Assembly: GCA_964361405.1 (NCBI GenBank)
Contig: CAYIAA010000005.1
Span: forward strand, 1 to 46,610
DNA length: 46,610 bases
Direction: 5' to 3'
DNA from: an uncultured Candidatus Saccharibacteria bacterium
Lineage (GTDB): Bacteria > Patescibacteriota > Minisyncoccia > Phycocordibacterales > UBA3531
A model generated the notes under the pieces. It was not told the origin of the DNA. It searched no databases and saw nothing but the letters and a program-made list of their open reading frames with translations. Below are positions 27,344-33,717 of this stretch, in pieces. How positions within the stretch are numbered: position 1 is the first letter of the stretch; every line of letters starts with the position of its first letter. A program made the translations under genes and the position numbers.

Positions 27344-27414
27344 ACCAGAATTCATCCCACCTCCAAGGGGTGAGTTTTGTTTTTAAGGGATGGGGAACTA
27401 TAATCGAGTCACTG

Positions 27415-27837
27415 ATGAACGAACGCATATTTCCGCTCTTTATTTTGGTCTTTATCACAATTCTTGGCGTCCTCAATACTGTGGCGATGTATGAGATGTG
27501 GTATGCCAAGATACCGAACCTTGATTCCGTGATGCATGTGGCAGGAGGGTTCTTTGTCGGTCTTTCAGCGCTCTATCTCTACTTCGTGAGCGGCTATGTA
27601 CGGGCACTCCACGAGCATGGCATTTTTGCTCTCGCTCTTTCTCTCCTTGCGGCGACGTTTGTGGGCGTACTCTGGGAGTTTTTTGAATATGGTATGGACC
27701 AGTACCGCCTTTCCGAAGGACTCCCCTCAATGTTCCAACCCGGAGTCGGGGATACGATGGCGGATTTTTCCTTTGACATGGTTGGCGGGGTTCTGGCTTG
27801 GTTTCTGTACTACGCATTATGGCGGCGAAAGAGCTAA
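27415..27837 (+). CDS. Hypothetical polytopic membrane protein
   Basis: About four hydrophobic segments, with acidic motifs WEFFEYGMD and GDTMADFSFDMVGG. The start is ambiguous: the ATG at 27415 is preferred, while the GTG at 27370 in the ORF track would overlap the RNA-B 3' region. Confidence 0.6.
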   Translation: MNERIFPLFILVFITILGVLNTVAMYEMWYAKIPNLDSVMHVAGGFFVGLSALYLYFVSGYVRALHEHGIFALALSLLAATFVGVLWEFFEYGMDQYRLSEGLPSMFQPGVGDTMADFSFDMVGGVLAWFLYYALWRRKS

Positions 27838-29186
27838 GTCTTGGTTTTTACGGCGGAGCGGGGCAGACTACCGGCTCCAATTTTCTTATCTCTGACGGCG
27901 AGAAGCGGATTTTAATAGATTGCGGCCTCACGCAAGGGTGCCGATTCTGCGAGGACGTAAATCGAGACCCTTTCCACTATGACCCAAAGGGTGTAGACGC
28001 TCTCCTTGTCACGCATGCGCATATTGATCATGTGGGGCGTATTCCTAAGCTTGTCCGCGACGGATTTCGCGGCACGATTTATTCTACGCCACCAACAAGA
28101 GAAATCGCGGAGCTCATGATGATGGACAGTCTCGGTGTGCTCGGGAAAGAGGCGAGAGGTGAGGGGAAACCTCTTATCTACGAAGAAGCAGACGTTCTAA
28201 AGGCAATGTCACTCTGGAAAGAAATTCCGTACCACGAAGCGTTCTCGATCGGAGAGTTCAGCATAGATATGAAAGACGCTGGGCATATTTTGGGTTCAAG
28301 TGTGTTCGTATGTACCTACGGCGGAAAGAAAATTGCTTTCACGGGGGATCTTGGTAATTCTCCCGCCCCGCTTCTCCGCGACACTGAAGCACTCACGGGA
28401 CTCGACTACCTCGTAATTGAATCAGTGTATGGCGACAGGGAGCATGAAGGTGTCAGTCGGCGGAAGGAAATGCTCGAAGGTATTATCGAGGATACTGTGC
28501 GGCGCGGCGGGACACTCATGATTCCTGCATTTTCCCTTGAACGCACGCAGGAGCTTCTCTATGAGATTAATTCCCTCGTCGAGGGTGGCAGAATCCCAAA
28601 GCTTCCTATCTATATTGACTCCCCGCTTGCGATTGATGTGACGAGAATCTACAAAAAGTACACGAATTATTTTAACAGTGATGCGCGCGGCATTATCAAA
28701 AGCGGCGATGATATTTTTAATTTTCCCGGGCTAGAGTTCACGTATACAACCGAAGAGTCAAAGGCAATCCGTAATGTGAAACCCCCAAAAATCGTGATTG
28801 CAGGTTCTGGAATGAGTAATGGCGGCCGCATTATCCACCACGAGAAACTCTACCTCCCCGACTCTTCGAGCACCCTCCTTATTATCGGCTACCAGGTTCC
28901 GGGGAGTTTGGGTAGGATGCTTCAGGATGGAGTGAAGAGTGTTCGGATTCTTGGGGAGGATGTGATGTCTCGAGCACGAATCGAGACAATCCGCGGCTAT
29001 TCCGCACACAAAGACTCATCCGGACTCCTCGATATTGTGGCGGGGAGTGCTGACACCTTAAAGCGAGTCTTTGTGGTTCTTGGAGAGCCGCGCTCATCAC
29101 TCTTTCTCGCCCAGAGGGTGAAAGATTACCTCGGTATTGAGGCAACAGTGCCGACTCTTGGGGCAGAATTCACGATTCCGGTATAA
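27819..29186 (+). CDS. Beta-CASP family MBL-fold RNA-metabolising hydrolase (RNase J / CPSF-like, short form)
   Basis: HAHIDHVGRIP (HxHxDH), GDLGN, a beta-CASP region, and YSAHKD near the C-terminus. It overlaps the upstream gene by 19 nt. Confidence 0.9.
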   Translation: MAAKELSLGFYGGAGQTTGSNFLISDGEKRILIDCGLTQGCRFCEDVNRDPFHYDPKGVDALLVTHAHIDHVGRIPKLVRDGFRGTIYSTPPTREIAELMMMDSLGVLGKEARGEGKPLIYEEADVLKAMSLWKEIPYHEAFSIGEFSIDMKDAGHILGSSVFVCTYGGKKIAFTGDLGNSPAPLLRDTEALTGLDYLVIESVYGDREHEGVSRRKEMLEGIIEDTVRRGGTLMIPAFSLERTQELLYEINSLVEGGRIPKLPIYIDSPLAIDVTRIYKKYTNYFNSDARGIIKSGDDIFNFPGLEFTYTTEESKAIRNVKPPKIVIAGSGMSNGGRIIHHEKLYLPDSSSTLLIIGYQVPGSLGRMLQDGVKSVRILGEDVMSRARIETIRGYSAHKDSSGLLDIVAGSADTLKRVFVVLGEPRSSLFLAQRVKDYLGIEATVPTLGAEFTIPV

Positions 29187-29196
29187 TGGTTTCACA

Positions 29197-29841
29197 GTGA
29201 CTGAAGACGAGAAACATCAGCATCAAAAAATAAAGATCGCCGTTTCTGGAGCGGCGGAGACCGAGCACTGCGGCGAAGAATCGCTTCAGATTGCGCGTGT
29301 GCTTGGGGAGGAAATCGTCGCGCAAGACGCAATCTTGGTAACGGGCGCGACGACAGGTATTCCACTCTGGAGCGCACGCGGTGCTAAGGAAAAAGGAGGT
29401 GTGGTAGTTGGACTTTCACCCGCGGCAGGTGAACGAGAGCACGTGGAAGTTTACAATCTCCCCCTCGAATACCTCGATCTCATTATCTATACGGGTTTTG
29501 GTTACTCGGGTAGAAACTTACTTTTAACGCGCTCCGCTGACGCAGTAATTATTTGTTGCGGAAGGATTGGAACGATCAATGAATTTACTGTTGCATTCGA
29601 AGACAAGAAACCGGTCGGGATTCTCGAAGGGGGATGGGCAACTGACGATGTCATACGAAATATCCTTAAGAACGCCCACCGACCGAATGAGAAGGTTATT
29701 TTTGACAAGGACCCGAAGGCACTCGTGAGGCGGATAGTTGAAATGGTGAAAAAGGAGAAAGTTGACCACTACCGCGTGTACGCGAATTCAGACCACTTCT
29801 ACGAGACCTGTACGGGTCCCGATTGCAAGCGCATTCTCTAG
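29197..29841 (+). CDS. TIGR00725 / LOG (SLOG-superfamily) Rossmann-fold protein of unknown function
   Basis: KIAVSGAAE...LVTGATTGIPLWSARGAKEKGGVVVGLSP...CCGRIGTINEF. The start is uncertain: the GTG at 29197 was chosen because the TTG at 29137 would overlap the upstream gene by 50 nt. Confidence 0.72.
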   Translation: MTEDEKHQHQKIKIAVSGAAETEHCGEESLQIARVLGEEIVAQDAILVTGATTGIPLWSARGAKEKGGVVVGLSPAAGEREHVEVYNLPLEYLDLIIYTGFGYSGRNLLLTRSADAVIICCGRIGTINEFTVAFEDKKPVGILEGGWATDDVIRNILKNAHRPNEKVIFDKDPKALVRRIVEMVKKEKVDHYRVYANSDHFYETCTGPDCKRIL

Positions 29842-30185
29842 AGAGCTACCTGTTTAAGTACCCGTTTGAACATTTCCGGGTGATGCTCGGCAAGCGTCGC
29901 AAGTATTTTCCGATCGAGTTTAATCTTCTTTTTAGTAAGAGCGCCAATTAATTTGCTGTACGAGGAACCTTCCGCACGGACTCCTGCGTTAATTTTCACA
30001 TTCCACCCCGCTCTCATGACGCGTTTCTTTTTTTTCCGGTCTCGAAAGGCATGGGTTCCTGCATGAAGGAGCGCCTCGCGCGCGAGGCGCTCCTTCGAGC
30101 CGCGGCCGAAGCGAAAGCCCTTGGCACGCTTCAATATACCCCGCCTCGTTTTCGCCCCAATTGTTCCTCGTTTTACTCTCGGCAT
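29838..30185 (-). CDS. rplT: 50S ribosomal protein L20
   Basis: MPRVKRGTIGAKTRRGILKRAKGFRFGR...AFRDRKKKKR. Confidence 0.96.
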   Translation of the reverse strand: MPRVKRGTIGAKTRRGILKRAKGFRFGRGSKERLAREALLHAGTHAFRDRKKKKRVMRAGWNVKINAGVRAEGSSYSKLIGALTKKKIKLDRKILATLAEHHPEMFKRVLKQVAL

Positions 30186-30195
30186 GATTTATAGT

Positions 30196-30393
30196 CTACA
30201 GAGTATTCGATCCGGCAGGCAGAAGGTTTGAAAGCGTCTTAAATCTAATCACGACATGTTTCTGCTTCCGACCTTGAAGTTGCTTTGAACGACGTTCCTT
30301 TGCATTAAAATGCCCTTGGCCGGCCTTCCGGCTTAATACCTTACCCCGTTTGGTTACCCGGAGCCGCTTTTGCATTGATTTGTTTGTTTTCAT
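30196..30393 (-). CDS. rpmI: 50S ribosomal protein L35
   Basis: MKTNKSMQKRLRVTKRGKVLSRKAGQGHFNAKE. Confidence 0.93.
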   Translation of the reverse strand: MKTNKSMQKRLRVTKRGKVLSRKAGQGHFNAKERRSKQLQGRKQKHVVIRFKTLSNLLPAGSNTL

Positions 30394-30907
30394 TGGTTTT
30401 TACGTTTCCGCGCTCGATGATAATGGTAAGCCCCTTCGGACTCTTGGTCGGCCCGTTGGCAATACTATAAGGTTCGGTGATTAAATGGAGAACCCGCTCA
30501 AGCCGTTCACGGAGAAACTTTTCGTCCAAATACTTTGCTCTTCCCCGGAGGAAGAGGTCAATCTTGACGCGATGGCCTTCTTTCAAAAACTCCGACGCCT
30601 TCTTCGATTTGAGCTCAAGGTCGTGCTCGCCGGTGGCAATTTTAACTTGAAGCGATTTCGTCTCGGTGCGATGGCCTTTTCCTTTATCCTTTTTCCGGAG
30701 CGAGTAGAGATATTTCCCGTACTCAATCACTTTCACGATTGGCGGGTTCGTCTTTGCCGAGATTTCCACGAGATCGCCTCCCGATTCATTGGCGAGCGCG
30801 AGCGCTCGCTCGAGTGGCATGACGCCGATATTTTTTCCCTCCGCGTCAATCACCCGCACTTCGCGGGCTGTAATCTGGTGGTTTATTCGTATTCGCCCGT
30901 GCTTCAA
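30341..30907 (-). CDS. infC: Translation initiation factor IF-3
   Basis: RINHQITAREVRVIDAEGKNIGV...ALALA...DLVEIS...NPPIVKVIEYGKY...KEGHRVKI. The apparent start codon is TTG, and the 3' end overlaps rpmI by 53 nt. Confidence 0.92.
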   Translation of the reverse strand: MKHGRIRINHQITAREVRVIDAEGKNIGVMPLERALALANESGGDLVEISAKTNPPIVKVIEYGKYLYSLRKKDKGKGHRTETKSLQVKIATGEHDLELKSKKASEFLKEGHRVKIDLFLRGRAKYLDEKFLRERLERVLHLITEPYSIANGPTKSPKGLTIIIERGNVKTNENKQINAKAAPGNQTG

Positions 30908-30922
30908 TGCGTCAGTCTATAA

Positions 30923-30940
30923 AATCCCGCAAGCGGGATT
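30923..30940 (-). promoter_or_regulatory. 5'-terminal leader hairpin AATCCCGCTTGCGGGATT of the infC operon
   Basis: On the minus strand it is identical to 13364-13381 and is followed by TTATAG. It lies 6 nt after the -10 box. Confidence 0.6.
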
Positions 30941-30946
30941 GCCAGT

Positions 30947-30975
30947 ATCTTAGCCCGTCGAGTGAAATTCGTCAA
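30947..30975 (-). promoter_or_regulatory. Promoter of infC-rpmI-rplT (TTGACG-N17-TAAGAT)
   Basis: Minus-strand TTGACG at 30975-30970 and TAAGAT at 30952-30947. Confidence 0.55.
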
Positions 30976-30997
30976 CCGGGCCAGTTAGTTCAGTCGG

Positions 30998-31162
30998 CTA
31001 ACGTTGTACTGCATACTTCGCGATTTCTGGATTTGAGGTTGTATGTGTCCGGCACCAAGTCTCGCATTCGCTCGCTCGGGTAGCGTCAGAGTAGGCAAGT
31101 CCGCATTCGCCGCAGATAGAGAGGTCGCTCCTGCTTTTACTCAATTCGTCGGCTAGTGTCAT
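30998..31162 (-). CDS. Candidate 54-aa Cys-rich (zinc-ribbon-like) protein, below the ORF-track length cutoff
   Basis: My manual translation gives MTLADELSKSRSDLSICGECGLAYSDATRASECETWCRTHTTSNPEIAKYAVQR*, with a CxxC...CxxxC pattern. There is no SD and no family assignment. Confidence 0.3.
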   Translation of the reverse strand: MTLADELSKSRSDLSICGECGLAYSDATRASECETWCRTHTTSNPEIAKYAVQR

Positions 31163-31235
31163 GGAAATAGTGTAGCACGAGTGTTTTTCTGATGAGGATA
31201 GAAAGATTTTATTCCCGATGGCGGTTCCACTACTC

Positions 31236-31748
31236 TTACAGAAGTTCTTCGAGCACCCCGTCTTTACTGAAACGATCGGAGTATGCTTTGCCTGTATTTT
31301 TATTTATTTCAAGTGTGAAAAGGCGGGGTGAAGTTTCCGGGTCGCCGCCGCACTCGGGTGTATGGTTTTCCCGAACCTCAACTGTGAGCGTTTGCGTATC
31401 GTTTCCCCATATGGAGACGGTGGTGCATTCGCGCTTTCGCGACGAGAGCTTGAATTTTTCAATCGTCTGGTGAATGAGTATCATTTCCTCTGCCGTCGGC
31501 TCGGGTACGACAGAGATATGGGGCGGTGTTTTCGTTTCATCAATTTGTTTCGTGCCAGGGATGTCGCTTGTTTCTGGCAACGGTGTTTTTTTTGAGTCAG
31601 AGAGAGGAGGGATACCACCTTCCTCATGAGTCGTCTCCTTGCGGTCGTATTTTGCCCCCGGTGCATATGCTGACATGAGAAGTGCGGCACTGACGCCGAC
31701 GAGAATCCCGATGCCTGCCCCGATTGCGAATGTCGTCCGTGTTGTCAT
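31236..31748 (-). CDS. Hypothetical N-terminally anchored extracytoplasmic protein
   Basis: TM segment FAIGAGIGILVGVSAALLMSAY, a Pro/Thr/Glu-rich linker and a C-terminal domain with two Cys. No recognisable family. Confidence 0.6.
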   Translation of the reverse strand: MTTRTTFAIGAGIGILVGVSAALLMSAYAPGAKYDRKETTHEEGGIPPLSDSKKTPLPETSDIPGTKQIDETKTPPHISVVPEPTAEEMILIHQTIEKFKLSSRKRECTTVSIWGNDTQTLTVEVRENHTPECGGDPETSPRLFTLEINKNTGKAYSDRFSKDGVLEELL

Positions 31749-31875
31749 GACGAATCAATTGTAGAGTGAATGTGGCGCTGGCACAACTAGGTGTCAAGAG
31801 ATATGAAAACACCGCACATGCAAGGTGCAGGTACGGCGTTTCTGGGGGAGGGAAAGTCGCTACGATCTGATGTTG

Positions 31876-32070
31876 TCAACCCTTTTTTTCTAGGAGCGAC
31901 GGTATGAACAAGCTCCACGACAGCCCCGCCGACCACGCAAGAATGGATGCGAGAGCTGGGTGTAAGCCGATCCCTGACCCCAAGGCATAGGAGTGTGCCA
32001 TCACAGCACCGAGGAACGCCGCAGTGTGTAGGCTGACGATCACGAAAAGTCGTGAGATGATGCGACCCAT
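31876..32070 (-). CDS. Hypothetical 64-aa two-TM membrane protein
   Basis: This has the strongest translation signal in the window: AAGGAG at 32081-32076, 5 nt before the ATG. A TTGACT-N17-TATTAT promoter sits at 32139-32111. Confidence 0.65.
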   Translation of the reverse strand: MGRIISRLFVIVSLHTAAFLGAVMAHSYALGSGIGLHPALASILAWSAGLSWSLFIPSLLEKKG

Positions 32071-32110
32071 GAATTCTCCTTATATATATCTTGAATGAAC
32101 CACTAATTTA

Positions 32111-32139
32111 ATAATATCACAAGAACATAATAAAGTCAA
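32111..32139 (-). promoter_or_regulatory. Promoter TTGACT-N17-TATTAT for the 64-aa membrane protein gene
   Basis: Read on the minus strand, immediately downstream of the minus-strand terminator at 32152-32191. Confidence 0.5.
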
Positions 32140-32151
32140 GTATTGTTTTCC

Positions 32152-32191
32152 GCGAAAATAAAGGAGCCCCGCCGAGAAAACGGGGCTCCTT
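32152..32191 (-). terminator. Minus-strand intrinsic terminator
   Basis: An 11-bp stem AAGGAGCCCCG/CGGGGCTCCTT (32161-32191). On the minus strand it is followed by TATTTTCGCG. Confidence 0.6.
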
Positions 32192-32210
32192 CGAACGAGG
32201 CGAGTGATCA

Positions 32211-32501
32211 ATGCGGACGCGGTTCTGGAAGCTAGATGAAGTGGAACGCGGGAAGCGAGAGATTTTCCACTTTCTCCGTGCCGTATCCGAACATGTTGGC
32301 CATCAAGAGGGAGAATTCCAGAAAATCGTTTTCGTCCTTGATGAACGCCGCGACCCACTTGTTGTCGGTTCCGCGGCGTATGCTGGTGCAGTCGCGGTCA
32401 TCCTTTTTGAAGAGCACGGCTCGCGCATTCTCGTCCCACAGTATGTAGCCACCTCTCCGAACTGGAGGAGCTTCGATCAGTTTTGTTCCGTGAAGTGTTG
32501 A
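32211..32501 (+). CDS. Hypothetical protein, plus-strand member of a fully overlapping antisense ORF pair
   Basis: ATG start with GAGG 9 nt upstream, Leu codons mostly CTT/CTC as in tuf, and a plus-strand terminator at 32526-32553. It cannot be distinguished with confidence from the minus-strand ORF. Confidence 0.35.
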   Translation: MRTRFWKLDEVERGKREIFHFLRAVSEHVGHQEGEFQKIVFVLDERRDPLVVGSAAYAGAVAVILFEEHGSRILVPQYVATSPNWRSFDQFCSVKC

Positions 32502-32528
32502 CAAATCGCGCCTCTCTCGGGAACTCAA
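32232..32528 (-). CDS. Hypothetical protein, minus-strand member of the overlapping ORF pair
   Basis: Same orientation as its neighbours. It has a minus-strand promoter (TTGACG-N17-TAGGGT, 32590-32562) and a downstream minus-strand terminator. However, the only start is a TTG buried in a hairpin, and there is no ATG. Confidence 0.3.
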   Translation of the reverse strand: MSSRERRDLSTLHGTKLIEAPPVRRGGYILWDENARAVLFKKDDRDCTSIRRGTDNKWVAAFIKDENDFLEFSLLMANMFGYGTEKVENLSLPAFHFI

Positions 32529-32553
32529 GACGGGGAATTCCGTCTTGTTTTTT
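32526..32553 (+). terminator. Plus-strand intrinsic terminator (or 5' hairpin of the minus-strand transcript)
   Basis: CAAGACGG-GGAATT-CCGTCTTG followed by TTTTTT. Confidence 0.5.
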
Positions 32554-32596
32554 CCATCATTACCCTACTGCACGAATAGAGTGCCGTCAATGAATG

Positions 32597-32614
32597 TGGA
32601 GATGGCGGGAATCG
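32597..32614 (-). repeat. 18-nt direct duplicate of the tmRNA 3' end (att-like)
   Basis: TGGAGATGGCGGGAATCG is identical to 32789-32806. A further inverted 13-nt copy, TTCGATTCCCGCC, lies at 32722-32734. Confidence 0.85.
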
Positions 32615-32749
32615 GTCACGAATCACTAAGCCCTTTCTTCGCACTTCGCGCTCGAAAGGTCTAAGTGTTCGCGACCCCACCTCGGCGCTTTATCCTGCTT
32701 TGGCAGGCGCGCCTCCGGCCTTCGATTCCCGCCAGCAAATTTCCTAGAA

Positions 32750-32780
32750 TAAAAAATAACCGGCACAAGGCCGGCTATTT
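32750..32780 (-). terminator. Terminator of ssrA
   Basis: The minus strand reads TAGCCGGCCTTGTGCCGGTTATTTTTTATTC. Confidence 0.6.
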
Positions 32781-32788
32781 TTTATCTA

Positions 32789-33174
32789 TGGAGATGGCGG
32801 GAATCGAACCCGCGTCCAGTAAGGAAACAAACGCAGATCTACGAGCGTAGCGCGTTTTTGTGTTTTAAGCCGAAGCGTTATGAAGCGCGCAAAATGCGAA
32901 TCAGCCGAGTCTCATTGTTTCTGGTAAGCCAGGAGACACCGGTTCACCATACTCTCACTGTTATGACGCCTCGATGCGCCCCCGGAGAGTCGGGGCACGG
33001 AGACGGCATCCGAAACGCTTACGCGATTGCGAATGCTGGGGCAAAGGGGGACAAAACCCTCTTTGCTACCTTTGATACGTTTGCACGTATATGTTTCTAG
33101 CGTTTTTAACGAGCTAGCTAGAATCCTCGACCCGCGTGCGAAAGAATCGCTCACTGTCAAAGCCGATCATCCCC
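32789..33174 (-). ncRNA. ssrA: tmRNA (SsrA)
   Basis: The 5' end reads GGGGATGATCGGCTTTGACAG. The 3' end, GGACGCGGGTTCGATTCCCGCCATCTCCA, forms an acceptor stem with a G3:U pair. CCA is not encoded. The predicted tag ORF at 33084-33019 starts at GCA and gives ANVSKVAKRVLSPFAPAFAIA*. The gene sits directly downstream of smpB. Confidence 0.9.
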
Positions 33175-33183
33175 CTCTGTATG

Positions 33184-33633
33184 TCAACGATCTCGTTTGA
33201 GTTCTCGTTCAATGTGCAATTTCGCTTCGCGTTTTTTTATTGATTCACGTTTGTCGTGCGTTTTCTTTCCGCGTGCAACACCAATCGAGAGTTTAATCGT
33301 TCGTCCTTTAGTATACATCGAAATTGGGATGATTGTCAAACCTTTTTTCGACTCAAATCCTGCGAGTCGGGCGATTTCTGCCTTTGTGAGAAGGAGACGC
33401 CGTGCTCGGCGTGGGTCATAATCTTCCACCGCATTTCCGGGCTGGTACGGTGGAATCTCGGCGCCGAGGAGAAATGCTTCACCTCCGCGCGCGCCGACAA
33501 AGGCCCCGACCAGAGAGCCGCGTTTCGACTTGAGTGATTTCACTTCAGAGCCTATGAGTTCGACCCCAGCCTCAAAACGCTCGAGGATTTCGAAATTAAG
33601 GTGCGCTTTTTTATTCTCGATTAGTGTCGGCAT
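33184..33633 (-). CDS. smpB: SsrA-binding protein SmpB
   Basis: IENKKAHLNFEI...GSEVKSLK...PYQPGN...DPRRARRLLL...GLTIIPISMY. Confidence 0.95.
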   Translation of the reverse strand: MPTLIENKKAHLNFEILERFEAGVELIGSEVKSLKSKRGSLVGAFVGARGGEAFLLGAEIPPYQPGNAVEDYDPRRARRLLLTKAEIARLAGFESKKGLTIIPISMYTKGRTIKLSIGVARGKKTHDKRESIKKREAKLHIERELKRDR

Positions 33634-33704
33634 TGCCTCATTCTAGGGACGCGAACACTTCCATGCAATAGATAGGTGGCGGCTTTCCGATTTCATGCGG
33701 ATGT

Positions 33705-33710
33705 GTATAC
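33705..33710 (+). promoter_or_regulatory. TATACT -10 box 6 nt upstream of the ftsH ATG (leaderless geometry)
   Basis: TATACT-ACGCAC-ATG, with no SD possible. Confidence 0.4.
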
Positions 33711-33717
33711 TACGCAC

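Noticed and set aside
30978-31050. The D-loop-like string TAGTTCAGTCGGCTAAC, which suggested a tRNA.
   Set aside because: No complementary anticodon or T stems can be drawn, and it lies in the 3' part of the 54-aa ORF.
32700-32740. A plus-strand TTCGATTCCCGCC T-loop-like sequence as a possible tRNA or second tmRNA.
   Set aside because: The flanking bases do not form a T stem (CGGCC vs CCCGC) or an acceptor stem. I interpret it as an inverted fragment of the ssrA 3' end.
32665-33160. ORFs 32665-32850(+), 32858-33100(+) and 32912-33160(-).
   Set aside because: They overlap the tmRNA gene, whose 5' and 3' tRNA-like ends and tag reading frame are clear.
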